Source of the DNA: Felis catus
Lineage: Eukaryota
NCBI RefSeq assembly: GCF_018350175.1
Contig: NC_058368.1
Coordinates: forward strand, 79,672,001-79,736,000
DNA: 64,000 nt
Direction: 5' to 3'
Position 1 is the first letter of the stretch. Every line of letters starts with the position of its first letter. A program made the position numbers and the translations under genes. Below, one piece after another: positions 12,471 to 24,864 of the stretch. The notes below the pieces were generated by a model. That model had not been told where the DNA came from, did no database searches, and saw nothing but the letters and a program-made list of their open reading frames with translations.

Positions 12471-15448
12471 AGTCCATGTGAAACAAAAATCACACTAAAC
12501 TCTAATTAAGCATGGACATAATAAATCTTCAAGAAACCACACGAGGCTCCCACAGCATGAATATTTATTTATCCTTGGAGTGCACGTTTTATCAGTGTCA
12601 GGTATGAATTTTTAGTTAATTAGATGTTTAGCCATTTGACATGCAAATGCAAAATAAAGAACAAGGTTAATTTATAAACAAAAGCATCAGTAAGACAAAT
12701 GCTCCCCCAAATTGTGTTTAAATTTTAAAATTTCGTAATTGTGTTTAAATACACACGTATTTTAGAACTGGAATTACAATGACATGAAACAAACTGGTGT
12801 GTAAATAAGCAAATTCTATGTTTATCCCTACCTCTGTGACCATAAGGAATCTACATACTTGGAGTTTGTAGGTATTTCACATTTAATTACATACACATTA
12901 CATTCACTTGTAACTGACATACTTCGGGAAGGAACGCTTAAAGCCTGTTGTAGTTATCTATTGCCGTCTATAACACTACATTACTCCAAATTTAGTGATT
13001 TGATACAACAGTAATCAGGTACCCGCCATGCTTTCTGTGGTCAGGGATTCAGACAGGACACAGGGGGTGTGGCATATCTCAGATCCTGGATATGTGGAGG
13101 TCATCCGGGACACCCCAAGGCAGGAGCTGGAATCCCCAGAGGACTACCCCCTCAGATGCAGGATAGATGAGGCAGAGCCCTTTTCTGCACACATGGACTC
13201 GCTGTGTGGTCAGGGCTTCTTCACCATATGGTGGCTGGATTCCAAGGGCCACCATTGAGAAAAAGAAAGAGAAAGAGGCCATATTGCTTTTTCCCACAGT
13301 AACCTTAAAAACCATCACTTCTACCGCCCCCTACTGCCTGAAGCAGTTACAAGTGTGGGAAGGCACAGGGCCCACGCCTCAGGGGAAGGCTATCAACATC
13401 ACACAGCGAGGCCATGGGGGTTGGGAAACATGTCAGTGTCGCCATCTTTGGAATATACAGCCTACCGAAGTCTGGCTATTCGCTTACTTGAGAACACACA
13501 TTAGGTATTTCCAACACTCAATACGCTACTTATCATCTTTTCTTGAAATAATTAGAATTTTAAATTCTTTTTTGGGGGCAGTGTATTTCTATTATTAAAC
13601 CAACTAAATTTTATGACATTTCCTATTCTGCAGAAATGTATTTCTACAAAGGTTAAATACTTTTTGTTCCAGTTAAAGATGAAATTCTCACAGCAGACAA
13701 TTCAAGAATATTTTTAAAATCCAGAAAATCAAAAAAGCACATGTGTGGAGTGACTTTAGCATTATTCCTTTTCTGAAGGAATGTAGCACAAACAGGGAAA
13801 TGTATGGATTGGAAAAGCTTTAGGATGCATCTTGGAAAAATCTGGACAGAGATCTAGGATATTGCTGGAGAGAAGTAGGAAATAAAACAGATGTAACAAG
13901 CTGATGATCTCCTATAGCAGACGTTACTCGCGAGAGTCCCGGAACCACCGGAAAAAGAAGCTGCTTAAGGCTTCGATCAAATTAGTTAGAAGGGAAACTC
14001 TTTCCCTCAAATTCACACACCTTTAAAGGAAGGCACAGGAAGTGTGAGGCACTTTGGAGGGGACAAGTATACGCAGGGGCAATACCCAAATAGTTAACAA
14101 ATCCTGAGCATTCAGGAAGGAGGCTGGCCAGCATGTGGCACGGGCGCACACCCGCTGGCCAGGAGCTCTGTCTGGACGCAGCAGAGAACACCCTTTTCCA
14201 TGAGTCATCAGTCTGAGTCACACGCGACCGAAACACATCGATGGATCCAGCTCTGCCCTTACATGCAGGTAAGGGGTGATTAGATTCATCTGCCCAAGGG
14301 GGCAACCGTGTGTCGGAAGCACAAAGACATTTGCTCAAAGATCATAGCGACTAAGTTACGGAACAAAACCAAGAACACAAATATGCTTCCTTCTGCTGCA
14401 TTTTGCTACCATTCCACTCTGCTACTGTGGCATGACGTAGTTGACCCCCGGTATTTATGTCATATTCAGTCACTTTTGGATAAAGGGCGAGCAGGTCTGA
14501 GCTGAGGTTTGGCTGTGACGGTTGGAAGCCAACTGGGCTGTGAAGGGAAGGGTCAGTGAGATGGATCTGAGGCGTCCTTCCGGGTCTAACCTCAGACCGC
14601 AGGCCTCTTCCAGGGCTAAGGTACACCTGACAGTGACACCCAGACAGTGGGATGCGGGCCGTCTGCTGCCACTGCCATGTGCGAGGTGGACAGAGACCGC
14701 ACGCACGTGTCCAGGCAAGACACGGACAGAAGGCGCCCACCCGTCCCAGCACGTGGCTCACAGGGACGTGCCACACCAGGGGCGTGGAAGCCGCTCGGCT
14801 GTGGGAGCTCACGGGAGCTACGATATCCCAGAACGGCCAGAGGGGCGTGTCACGGGATGGGCTGGTCGATGTCAAAGTCAGGGCCCAGGGTGCAAGTGGT
14901 GGGAAGGACCCTCCACCTGAAGCAGGAAGCAGGCCGTTTACGTGATTCCAAACGCAGGTCACGGGAAACAGCGAGGTCTGTGATTTACTGCTCATGCCTA
15001 AAAGGCTTGAAAATAGGTGTGTATTTATTTATCCATGTGTGGGGGCACTGGAGAGACACGGCGCAGCTCAGGCGCCCCTCCAGCTTCCTTCGTGGCCACA
15101 GAATTCCGGTCTGGGAGAGGACCACCTTCACGCAGAGCCCAGGGTCACTGGGAGGGAGGCCCTGCCCCAGACACCAGACAAGGTAGTCAGGTGAGGAGGC
15201 CAAAGACAGGCCCCCATAAGGGGGTGGGTCACTTCAGCCGTCCCAGAGGTCAGAGGGTCAGAGGTTAAAAGAATGAGTTGGATTTTGAGTAAAATTAGTT
15301 TAATGCTTGTTTCTTAATTATCCTCCCCAAGAAAGAGGAGCAGGGGTCACGGGGCTCCTGACCTCACGGATGCTGGCAGGTGAAACATACCTGGTGCCTA
15401 CCTACCGCGTCAGGAAGCAGGTGTCATGCTTCCTACGAGTGGAATTTT

Positions 15449-15859
15449 AGGGGCACTTGGGGAGCTCCGTCGGTTAAATGTCCAACTCTTTTCTTTTAAT
15501 CCTTATTTACTTTTGAGAGACAGAGAGAGACAGAGAGACGGGCTGTGAGCAGGGGAGGGGCTGAGAGAGAGGGAGACACAGAACCCGAAGCAGGCTCCAG
15601 GTTCAGAGCTGTCGGCACAGAGTCCGACATGGGGCTTGAACTCACAAACCGTGAGATCATGACCTGAGCTGAAGCTGGGTGCTTAACCGACTGAGCCATC
15701 AGGTGCCCTGAGCATCCAACTCTTGATTTTGGCTCAGGTCACCATCTCACAGTTTGTGAATTCGAGCCCCGTATCCAGCTCCAAGCTGACAAAGCTGAGC
15801 CTGCGAGGGATTCTCTCTCCCTCTCTCTGCCCCTCCCACACTTGCATACATGAGTGTGT

Positions 15860-15890
<31 letters not shown>

Positions 15891-15912
15891 AAATAAATAA
15901 ACTTAAAAAAAT
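15449..15912 (+). mobile_element. Can-SINE split by a nested antisense SINE (host parts 15449-15490 and 15710-15912)
   Basis: The head ggggcacttggggagctccgtcggttaaatgtccaactctt resumes as catccaactcttgattttggctcagg after the insert. Confidence 0.92.
15491..15709 (-). mobile_element. Nested Can-SINE
   Basis: Complete minus-strand SINE; TSD tccaactctt at 15481-15490 and 15715-15724. Confidence 0.95.
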
Positions 15913-15928
15913 AAGAATGAAATTTTTA

Positions 15929-16165
15929 GGGGCGCCTGGGTGGCGCAGTCGGCTAAGCGTCCAACTTCAGCCAGGTCACGATCTCGCGGTCCGGGAGTTC
16001 GAGCCCTGCGTCAGGCTCTGGGCTGATGGCTCAGAGCCTGGAGCCTGTTTCCGATTCTGTGTCTCCCTCTCTCTCTGCCTCTCCCCCGTTCATGCTCTCT
16101 CTCTCTGTCCCAAAAATAAATAAACGTTGAAAAAAAATTTTTTTTAATAAAAAATAAATAAAAAA
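15929..16165 (+). mobile_element. Young felid SINEC_Fc-type SINE
   Basis: Diagnostic gtggcgcagtcgg...cttcagccaggtcacgatctcgcgg...gggctgatggctcagag; TSD aagaatgaaatttt. Confidence 0.96.
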
Positions 16166-16257
16166 AAGAATGAAATTTTAGGCATGTTTAAATAAAATTC
16201 AAAAACTCATCGCTTCAATGTTTTCAGTATTTTAAGACCTGTTCTTTCTGGTCCTGC

Positions 16258-16472
16258 TTCTTTTTTTTTTTTTTTTAACATTTATTTATTTTTGAGAGAC
16301 AGAGAGAGCACAAGTGGGGATGGGCAGAGAGAGAAGGAGACAGAATCCAAAGCAGGCTCCAGGCTCCAAGCTGTCCGCACAGAGCCCAACGTGGGGCTCG
16401 AACTCACGAACCACAAAATCATGACCTGAGCCAAAGTCGGATGCCCAGCTGACTGAACCGCCCCGGCACCCC
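16258..16472 (-). mobile_element. Can-SINE (SINEC)
   Basis: Full element; degenerate TSD ctggtcctgcttctt / ctggccctgttctt. Confidence 0.95.
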
Positions 16473-17471
16473 TGGCCCTGTTCTTAATTAAACCAGGTCT
16501 CTCCTCTTCACCTGCACTGACGTTTGACATTAAGGTTCCAAATAGTATGTTGCATCAGGCTCTTAGTGATCTGAGAACATGTCAGAAGGAAGATCATCTG
16601 TTTGGGGCTTCAGGTGACCACAGGTAACTGAGACCCCCGTGTGACAGCTCCTCTTCTCCGCATGAAGGGCAGGGTTACGGGGCGTGTTGGCACTCACACT
16701 CCCACGTGTCACATTTAGGCATGGCCAGGTGTGTGCAGAATTGCACACTGGATGCCAGCAGGTCCCGCCTGGTCACGGAACGTGAGACATTCCAAGGACA
16801 ACACAAACAATCGCACCGCTTGGGCTCCCTAGGGGTTTAGCTTGAAATGCAGCTCCAATTTCGCAAACAGTTGTAGCAAAATAATTGAATCGTTCCAGAC
16901 CAGTACCACACACAGTGGAAGGTATCGTGTCCTTAGTTTTTGTCTGAACGTGTGGTGAGAACGCACTTATGGGTGTGTATGTGTGTGTGTAAGACCACCC
17001 AAATGCAGTTTGGGATGGTGTCGAGTGCGAGCGAACAGATCAGCAGAACTAGAGGTCACGGGTCCGAAAAGTGGGTCAAGTTGCAAGTGAAATTCGCAGC
17101 CGAGGCCGCATGGCCAGTTTTCTGTTGTCCCTTCCCATCGGAGGAGAGAATAGGCTGTATTTCATGAGACTCAGGCTTAGCACTGAACGCAACACTCAGC
17201 TGAAGAGGGGGACACACGGAAGCTTGATGTCCTTTTGTCGAAATGGAAACGCTCAGTGACTTAGACAGAAATAGCTGTGCTCACGTCAGGACACCTCGTT
17301 TCTCAGCTGATGGTAGGGTGACATCAGAGGCAGGAACAAGAGATTCACGGATTTACTGTTTGTCCCCCTGCCCCGCTGGGAGTCCGTTATCTAAAATGTG
17401 CCGGGGGAGCAAAGACCTTCCTGAACAGGAGTTCACCTGGTGCAGTCCGGCTAACCCCTCACGCTTCTAGG

Positions 17472-17607
17472 AAAGTGCTTCTCCAACGTCCCCGGGGATG
17501 TGGCCAGCACGTGGACTGGGTCCATAGCTCTGCACTGGGGTTCTGCTTGGGATTCTGCATTTCTAACAACTTCAGGGGACGCCAGTGCCCTCACATGGGT
17601 TGAGAAA
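17472..17607. mobile_element. Possible MER5A-like hAT-Charlie DNA transposon remnant
   Basis: Signature attctgcatttctaacaa, with degenerate ends agtgcttctcca ... ttgagaa. Confidence 0.45.
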
Positions 17608-17619
17608 TAAAGCCTTGAA

Positions 17620-17740
17620 AGGATTTATGTGTTCGAGAAACACAGGTCGCCCACTCGTTGTGCCCCCTGGTGCCAAGCTCAGAGCCAGCCACACCGAGAG
17701 AGACAAGACCCAGTCCCTGCCCTCAAGGGACACTCAGTAG
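17620..17740 (-). mobile_element. L2 3' end fragment
   Basis: gagacaagacccagtccctgccctcaagg matches the antisense L2 terminus motif. Confidence 0.5.
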
Positions 17741-18985
17741 CGGACGATTTTGATATCTTGAGTTCGCTGTTGTCACGAAGGGGCACGGAGGTTACAGCGA
17801 GAGCATGAGAAGCTGGTCTGAGGTTTGTGTCTTCGCCATGAAGACTTTTGGGGCAGCAAATGTCAACACAGCCAGACAGGGGAGCGAGTCCTTACTCTGT
17901 GGTGTTGGTGTCATGGGGGCACCCCTGGGCTGCCCCTGACACGCCCCCAGCCCTGCATGTGACCAAGAAGGTAGCCGCGGCCAGTGCTCTGTCCCTAAGA
18001 GGCATCCAAATGTCACAGATAGGATGTGGTGGGGAGCAAGAATAGAGGCACTATTTATAGATTGTGTCCTCCCAGCAGCCTTGCCAGTTCGTGTTGTTCC
18101 AAATAGATATTTAATTTTTTTAAAAGAAGGATTCCAGCCTACACATCCTCCTACTTATCAGGCTCTCGGGAATCCGGAAGTGGGGAAATCTTCGTGTGCA
18201 CGAGACGACTCCTGCTCCCTGCCCCAGGCCAGGCTTCACAGCGTGGGGACACTCCACTTCCAGACCTGCCCTCCCCCACTTCTGTGTCTCATTAGACAAA
18301 ACCCATTGAAACGTGACATTTCCACCCGGTTGTACCTGGAGTTTGGCTGTGCATTTAATGGCCCCACTATACCTCTTTTTTACGAATGTTTTCCAAGACA
18401 AACATTTTATCAAGTGATTGTTGAATGCTTCTCAGTTTCTCTGGGATTTTACTGTTATTATTGTGAGATTTTCAAAATTGCCTATCACATAATTTAGGTT
18501 GACAAGCACACTGACAGAAAAACCATAGCAATTCTGTTTATTCTATAGAAGATATGTCTGGAAACTATAATTATGTAAACAAAACATGTATGTAGGTGCT
18601 TCTTCCTACAATTATAAATACTAATATTCTACCCTTTTAAAGAACAATAAATACTTAGTGTGGGTTCTTTTCTAATGAAGATGGTCCAACTAATATAGCC
18701 AGCACGATGGCCGGAAGATGGGGAAAGCTTTCTGCTCATAAAAGACGGATAACATACAATCTGTACAAAGGGGGGTGATAGGAAAGGAAAGGAAGCCGTT
18801 TCAAACACAAGAACTCGAAAGTTCAGCCTGGCCAGGGGTTCAGCTGGGATGCACCGGAAGGATTGGAACTCATCTCTTGGGTATAAACCACACGCATTTT
18901 AGCATGGCGCTTCAGCAAAAGGCTGGCCTGGTTTCAGCTGTTCCACACCAACACTCTGCCGTCTGATTGTAAAGATCTGAGGGGT

Positions 18986-19200
18986 GGGGTGCCTGGGTGG
19001 CTCACTCAGTTGAGCACCTGACTCTTAATTTCTACTCAGATCATGATCCCAGGGTCATGAGATCAAGCCCCGTGTCGGGTTCTGTGCTGAGTGTGGAGCC
19101 TGGTTGGGATCCTCTCTCTCTCCCTCTATCCATCTCCCCTCCCCCCCACCCTCAACGCTCTCCCTCTCTCTCTCTTTCTCTCTCAAATAAAATTAAAAAA
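18986..19200 (+). mobile_element. Can-SINE (older subfamily)
   Basis: Head, body and tail; TSD aaagatctgagggg / aaagaactgtgggg. Confidence 0.94.
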
Positions 19201-19368
19201 GAACTGTGGGGCAAACAGAACTGAAGCGACACTTTGGAAACCTGTGTTCTCCCTCAGTATCTGTTGTTTTCTGCTTTCAGATCCTGTGGTCCCCTGGCCC
19301 TTGTTAGATGAGCCTACCGCTGCCAGAGGACATGGGCTGCAGGCCACCCTGTGCCCCGGCTCTGACCT

Positions 19369-19535
19369 TTCCTTCGCTCAGTGTGGTTTACTCAGCCTAG
19401 ATCCTTCCCTTCCCTTCACTCAGTGTGGTTTACCCAGCCTAGATCCTTCCCTTCCCTTCACTCGGTGTGGTTTACTCAGCCTAGATCTTTCTCTTCCCTT
19501 CGCTCGGTGCAGTTTATGCAGCCTAGATCCTTCTC
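19369..19535. repeat. Minisatellite, 42 bp unit, about 4 copies
   Basis: gtgtggttta starts at 19381 and 19423 (period 42). Unit is approximately cccttcactcagtgtggtttactcagcctagatccttccctt. Confidence 0.95.
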
Positions 19536-20139
19536 CCTCAGAGAGGATAGAAACAATCTTATGTGCTAATCCAGACTCATACAAATAATACAACTGCCTT
19601 AATAAGTCCGTCTTTCCAAGCAAAATCTGCATTAAACACATCTGAGGTCTCTGGACACAATTATATCGTATCATGTATATTAAACCTATTTTATGCGAAA
19701 TCGATATATACTATTAAAGCAATCATCATGACAGCAGCAGCAACAATAAGTTACTACCCCAGCCGGTCTTAAATGTGTGCCGTTCAGAACGCACGGGGAT
19801 TCCATCAGACTGCAGGCGGCAGCCCAGGGCTTGCGGGAGGCCCCAGATGACCTCAACATGCAGACCAGCTTAGGAAGCAGTGCTGGAACGTTCTCTGTAG
19901 GCCAGCCTGTCTGTACTACGTGCTTGTACTTGAGCTGGGCTTTCCCTGGGGGTCAGCAAACGGCAAGAGTGCGGCCGGCCAGCCCGACTCCGAAGGCTGC
20001 ACTTCCTGCCGCACTTGAGACTGACAAACCCCTGAAACAAAGGGTCGGCTCGGCTGGGGCGCTTGGGGCAGTCTGGTGAGCGGAGGTCCTGGAGTGAGGG
20101 CTGCTTCCGGCCTGACTCCGCAATGATGGTCCCGGTAAC

Positions 20140-20245
20140 AATGTCGACTGAGGCTTCAGAGTGTGTCAGCTTTGACCCCGGGGACACGACGGTGAACACG
20201 TGCTGGCTTCTGTCAAGCAGCTCCCAGTTGACAGGGGAAGGAGGC
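20140..20245 (-). mobile_element. L2 fragment
   Basis: ggggacacgacggtgaacac...gcagctcccagttgacaggggaag resembles the antisense L2 3' end. Confidence 0.4.
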
Positions 20246-20524
20246 AGCATGGCCTGTGCCTGCAGAGCTGCGAGCCCAGGGCCGTGGCGCCAACCGAACG
20301 GCTGAAAACAAGAGGTGTCCGTTCCTCCGGGCTCCGCAGGAACCGGGGAACGGCAGCGGATGGGGTGTTCCCAGCGGCAGACGGAGTGTGCATCAGGCTG
20401 CAGCCCAGGTTTGCAGGATCGCGGACAATCCCCTGTGAAGGGGGTGGGCAGGTCAGCCATGCCAGGGCTGGAGGGCAAAAGGCCTTAACCTGGGGAAAAC
20501 GGGGAGCCTTTCATGATCCTATCT

Positions 20525-20740
20525 GGTTTTTTATTAATTTTGTAATGTGTATTTATTTTTGAGAGAGAGACAGCGTGAGCAGGGAAGGGACAGAGAGAGA
20601 GGGAGACACAGAATCCGAAGCAGGCTCCAGGCTCCGAGCTGTCAGCACGGAGACCAATGCGGGGCTCAAACTCACAGACTGTGAGATCATGACCCGAGCC
20701 GAAGTTGGACGCTTTGCTGACTGAGCCCCCCAGGCGCCCC
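20525..20740 (-). mobile_element. Can-SINE (SINEC)
   Basis: Full element; degenerate TSD catgatcctatctggtttt / catgatcttaccttgtttt. Confidence 0.95.
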
Positions 20741-21280
20741 ATGATCTTACCTTGTTTTACATCTGTGCAGGCGTGCTCAGTCCTGCTGGTGTTTGGACTT
20801 GGGGCACATGGACCTTGTTGGTGGAGGGACCTCTACACTCATCCACGTAGATGCTGAGAACCGCAGACAAGGCAGCACCAGGGGCACGTGTCAGATAGGC
20901 CGGGCATCCAGGGAGCACAGAGGACAGAGAACGAGGACATTTCTAAGGAAACAACACACACTCCACTTTAGACACCCTGGGTTTTCAGGATTCTGGCAGG
21001 GGGTGGCCCCCATGACCTCTGTGCTCACTGAACATTAGCCAGCATGAAATCACGTGCATGAAATTGAAGCCTGAGATGCCAGGCTTCACCACCCAGTGAT
21101 GGTGGCTGTGGGTACCCAATGCCATTTATTGGGAGGATGGCCATTCTATTCCTGCCACAGAACACGGGGGTGGCCCTGCCGGCAGGGCTTTATGGGACGC
21201 GAGCAGTGTTGAGTGGCTCCAGAGACTACAGAAAGCTGCCAGAGCCCTGACCAGTGGCAGGCAGGGGTCTGACCCCTAGC

Positions 21281-21445
21281 CTCACCTCCCAACAACCCTG
21301 CGGGGAGGTGTCCTTATTTCTAGCATCCTGATTTTGCAGGTGGGGAAGCAGGCACAGAGAGGCTTGTGGGGGCCTCACAGCTGGTAAGAGCTGGTGGGAT
21401 CCACACATACAGTCTGGTTGCGGAACGCATCCCCCATGCTGCACA
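21281..21445 (-). mobile_element. MIR
   Basis: cccaacaaccctg...attttgcaggtggggaagcaggcacagagagg...cacagctggtaag matches the antisense MIR core. Confidence 0.7.
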
Positions 21446-21644
21446 CGCGACTGCTTTTGTCTGGAGCGTGTTGCTTAAGCAGGTAATGCTATCAACAGTG
21501 TAATGGCCTTTGGAGAAGAATGTAGAAAAAAAGAAGAAAAAAAGAATTAGTAAAAAAAAAAAAAGGATCAGTACACAGAAAATTATATGGTGTTTTCTTT
21601 GTGTTTTGTACCATTTTGCTCTTGGCTAGAAATGGACTTGAACT

Positions 21645-21880
21645 TCTTTTTTTTTTTTTCTTAAATTTTTTTTTTTCAACGTTTATTTATTTTTGGGACA
21701 GAGAGAGACAGAGCACGAACGGGGGAGGGGCAGAGAGAGAGAGGGAGACACAGAATCGGAAACAGGCTACAGGCTCTGAGCCATCAGCCCAGAGCCCGAC
21801 GCGGGGCTCGAACCCACGGACCGCGAGATTGTGACCTGGCTGAAGTCGGACGCTCAACCGACTGCGCCACCCAGGCGCCC
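21645..21880 (-). mobile_element. Young felid SINEC_Fc-type SINE
   Basis: CpG-rich body with long poly-T; TSD gacttgaacttct on both sides. Confidence 0.97.
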
Positions 21881-22659
21881 CAGACTTGAACTTCTCATGC
21901 ATAACCCTCCTGATGAGCTGTGAGACCCTGGGCAGCACCCCCCCCCCCCGCCAGCACCCCTGCTCCCGCCTCACTGGTCTGTAAGTAGAGTAGACGATCT
22001 CTCAGGCCTCCAGCATGCTGAGTCCGTCATTCCGTGCACAGACGAGACCTGCTTGGTGACAATAAGAATTAAGGAGCATTCAGAAACAGGTGAGTTTGTT
22101 TTTTTTTAACTTGAGTCATCGTGCTGAGCTCTGATAAACTGCACAGTATCAGTAAGTGGCATGATCAGCAATTAAAACTAACAGGACAAGAAGCATCGGA
22201 GAAAGCGATCCTGGTAGACATAGGGAGTTGCTGCTGTTTTGCAGTTTGGAAGCAGTGAAGGGTGTTCCCCCACAAAAAGCACTCTTCCCAGACTGGAGGC
22301 ACGTAACGTCCACTCTCCTTGGCGGGAGGGTCCACAACTAACCCACACCACCGTGTTAATGAATCAGCGACCACGGCCCTCCCAGGAGGTGAGTGCACAC
22401 GAGAGAACTGCGTGTCTGACGGAGGAGGCCGGAAGTGGGGAGCTGGGGCAGACCACAGGTGCGGCCACAAGGTCGTTTGTTTTCTTAGGGCCACACGACC
22501 ACGGCAAGAGGAACCAGGACGTGAGCGTGGCTCATCTCCCTGAACACACGTCTGTGGAGGCATCTGCTCTAAGCCAAGCACCGCTTGCCAAGGCCCAGGT
22601 GCCGGGGCGGGCAGGAACAGGAGGGCACAGGTGAAACAGAGGGTCTGAGGTCTGAGCCC

Positions 22660-22980
22660 AGGTGTGCTTCCATTCCTTCTCTGGCCCGCACGCCCTGGAG
22701 CTGGATGTGGTCACAGGGCACGTTTTGCAAATGAGGTCTGAGCAGAAGTAACTTGTGTCAGTTCTAGGCAAAAGTGTTCAAGATCAAGTGCATAATTCTC
22801 CATTGGGTTTCTTCCAGAGTCTTGACAGCTGGGACGGCTGCATCCACGCACACAGGACTGTGGCCCCAAGAACATCGGGACCACGGTGAGCTCGTCGTGA
22901 GGGAGAGACAAGTGTGTGTGTCATCAAGGGCATGGGTCTTCAGGTGATTTGTAGGCAGGTTCTAGACCATCTGCCTGAAA
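22660..22980 (+). mobile_element. Possible ancient ERVL LTR (LTR16/LTR33-like) remnant
   Basis: Motif caaatgaggtctgagcagaagtaacttgtgtcagttctaggc resembles LTR16-family consensus. Confidence 0.4.
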
Positions 22981-23429
22981 CCACAGAGGAGGTCCATGGC
23001 CACATGGGTGTACGTCCTAGCAAGAGATGGACAAGAAAGAATCGGCCAAGTGTTGGGTCACTTCATGTGGGAGAATGGCCTGAAAGAAAGCTTCGAGGAG
23101 AGCTGAGTAGGTGACATAGGGGAGTGTCTATTCAAGAGTCCAGGTGTCTGAGGGAAGACAAGGAAGATGGTTCATGACGAGGTTCAAGTCCAGCATTCCA
23201 GGAATGGAGAAGGGCAGGTGCAAACCCCCAGCAGCCAGACAGGCATGGTTTCCTTGAGAGGCAGATGACAGCCAGTAAACCAAGGCTGGGGACACGTCCA
23301 GGACCAGATGGGGCCCAAGAGGCGGGCAGGTCACGCAGGACCTGGTTCCACGACAGTGGATATTTTGAGTGACTTGTGCTTGTTATGCTGGGGAGTGGGG
23401 TGACCCAATTATATCGTGAGGACATCAGT

Positions 23430-24215
23430 CCTACCACCGGGTGGAGGACACCCAGCCAGGAGCAAAAATGCACGAGAAGGCCCGGGAGACCCTTCTGGAT
23501 GTCAGCAATGCTGTGAACTAGAGGAGCAGGTGGAGATGGTAAGAAGCACCGCACCCCCAACTCTATTTTGAACTTGAAAGACTTGCTGACCCCTTGGCTC
23601 TAGGGTGTGGGGAGAAATGAGAAATCAATACCAGCTTGTAGTTTCTGGATCTAACCAACTTTGTGGATGGAGCTGTGATTTTTGAAAGTAAGGGAGGGTC
23701 TAGACTGGAACAGGTTCGGGGGTCTAGGGGGGGGAGAAATCCAGTGTTCTTTGAATACCCACCTTCTCCTAGATGTTCCCTCTGGATACCTATTGAATAG
23801 GCACATGGGTAGATGACTCTGGGGCTGAAATGAAGAGATCAAGCCTGGAGACAGACGGAAAAGATAAAAAACGAAGGGTGGGGGGAGAAGAGGTGGATGC
23901 ACAGCCAGATGGAGGAGGGCGCAGACAGATCACAGAAGCCACAGCATTTAAAGGCACAGGGATGGGTGAGAAAACCACCACATGATAGATGTGGAGGCCA
24001 GAGCTCTGAGCCTCCAGTCCTATAGCAGTCTGAATTTGGACCTTTAGAAGAGGAGGGGGAATCCTGCTGGGCAGACTGGCAATAAATAAACAGGACAGCA
24101 AGAGGAAGGAAGAAGAAGGAAGGGTCTTGGGAGGAAGGAAAGGAGGGTCAAAAGCAAAGGCAGCATCATTTGCATCAGAGACGTCTGATGGATGGAGTCA
24201 GATAAAGTATGAGGA
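23430..24215 (-). mobile_element. L2 fragment
   Basis: Antisense L2 motifs in expected order: gacttgctgac, gtttctggatctaaccaac...ggatggagctg, ttgaataggcac, tctggggctgaaatgaagagatcaagcctggagac, catttaaaggcacagggatgggtgag. Confidence 0.7.
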
Positions 24216-24221
24216 TCGCCC

Positions 24222-24222
24222 T

Positions 24223-24253
<31 letters not shown>

Positions 24254-24464
24254 TTATTTTTTTTAATGTTTATTTATTTGACAGAGAGAGCACACGCATG
24301 AGCAGGGGAGGGGCAGAGAGAGAGAGGGAGAGAGAGAATCCCAAGCAGCTTCCGCACATCAGCGCAGAGCCCCACGCGGGGCTTGAACCCACGAGCCGTG
24401 AGATCACGACCTGAGCCCAAATCAAGAGTGGGACGCTTAACCAGTGGAGCCCCCCAGAGGCCCC
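24222..24464 (-). mobile_element. Can-SINE with (TTTA)n tail
   Basis: Full element; TSD aggatcgcccttta / aggatcacacttta. Confidence 0.95.
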
Positions 24465-24514
24465 AAGGATCACACTTTAAAGTTGTCAGCACAGATGTCT
24501 CGACAAGACAACTT

Positions 24515-24864
24515 CAAGTGTTGGGAATGAGAGCTTGTTTAAGCAGTTCAGGAGAGGTCGAACTTCATTGGGTGAAAACATTTCAATTGGCTTCATTCAA
24601 CCCTACACCTTGCAAAACTGTGTAACAGTTTCTCCAAAAGTTGTAAGTATCTCTCTCATGCAACCCAGCTATTCCCTCCCAGATATTTACCCACCAGAAG
24701 TGAAAAGCCCCCACAAACACCTGCACACAAATGTTCCAGCAACTTCATCTGTATAAGCTCTGAACTGGAAACAACCGAGATACCTCCCAGCAGGACAAAC
24801 AAACATAGACGTACCGTACCCCAGAGCACTCCTGGATAAAAGGGGACATGTTAACAACATGGAT
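24515..24864 (+). mobile_element. Old L1M 3' fragment
   Basis: caacccagctattccctcccagatatttaccca..gaagtgaaaa, actggaaacaacc, aacaacatggatg. Confidence 0.6.

Noticed and set aside
13028..13318. GC-richer island in AT-rich DNA that resembles an exon
   Set aside because: No matching acceptor-donor pair around an open frame, and the peptides are unrecognisable.
14351..15186. Longest ORFs in the track (214 aa minus, 179 aa plus)
   Set aside because: Composition is rich in Pro, Ser, Arg and Gly as expected from GC content; several frames are open at once; no known motif.
19369..19535. CRISPR-like periodicity
   Set aside because: Units are contiguous with no unique spacers, there are no cas genes, and the context is mammalian.
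22006..22095. Consensus donor CAG|GTGAGT at 22089/22090
   Set aside because: No convincing upstream pyrimidine tract; an isolated donor is uninformative.
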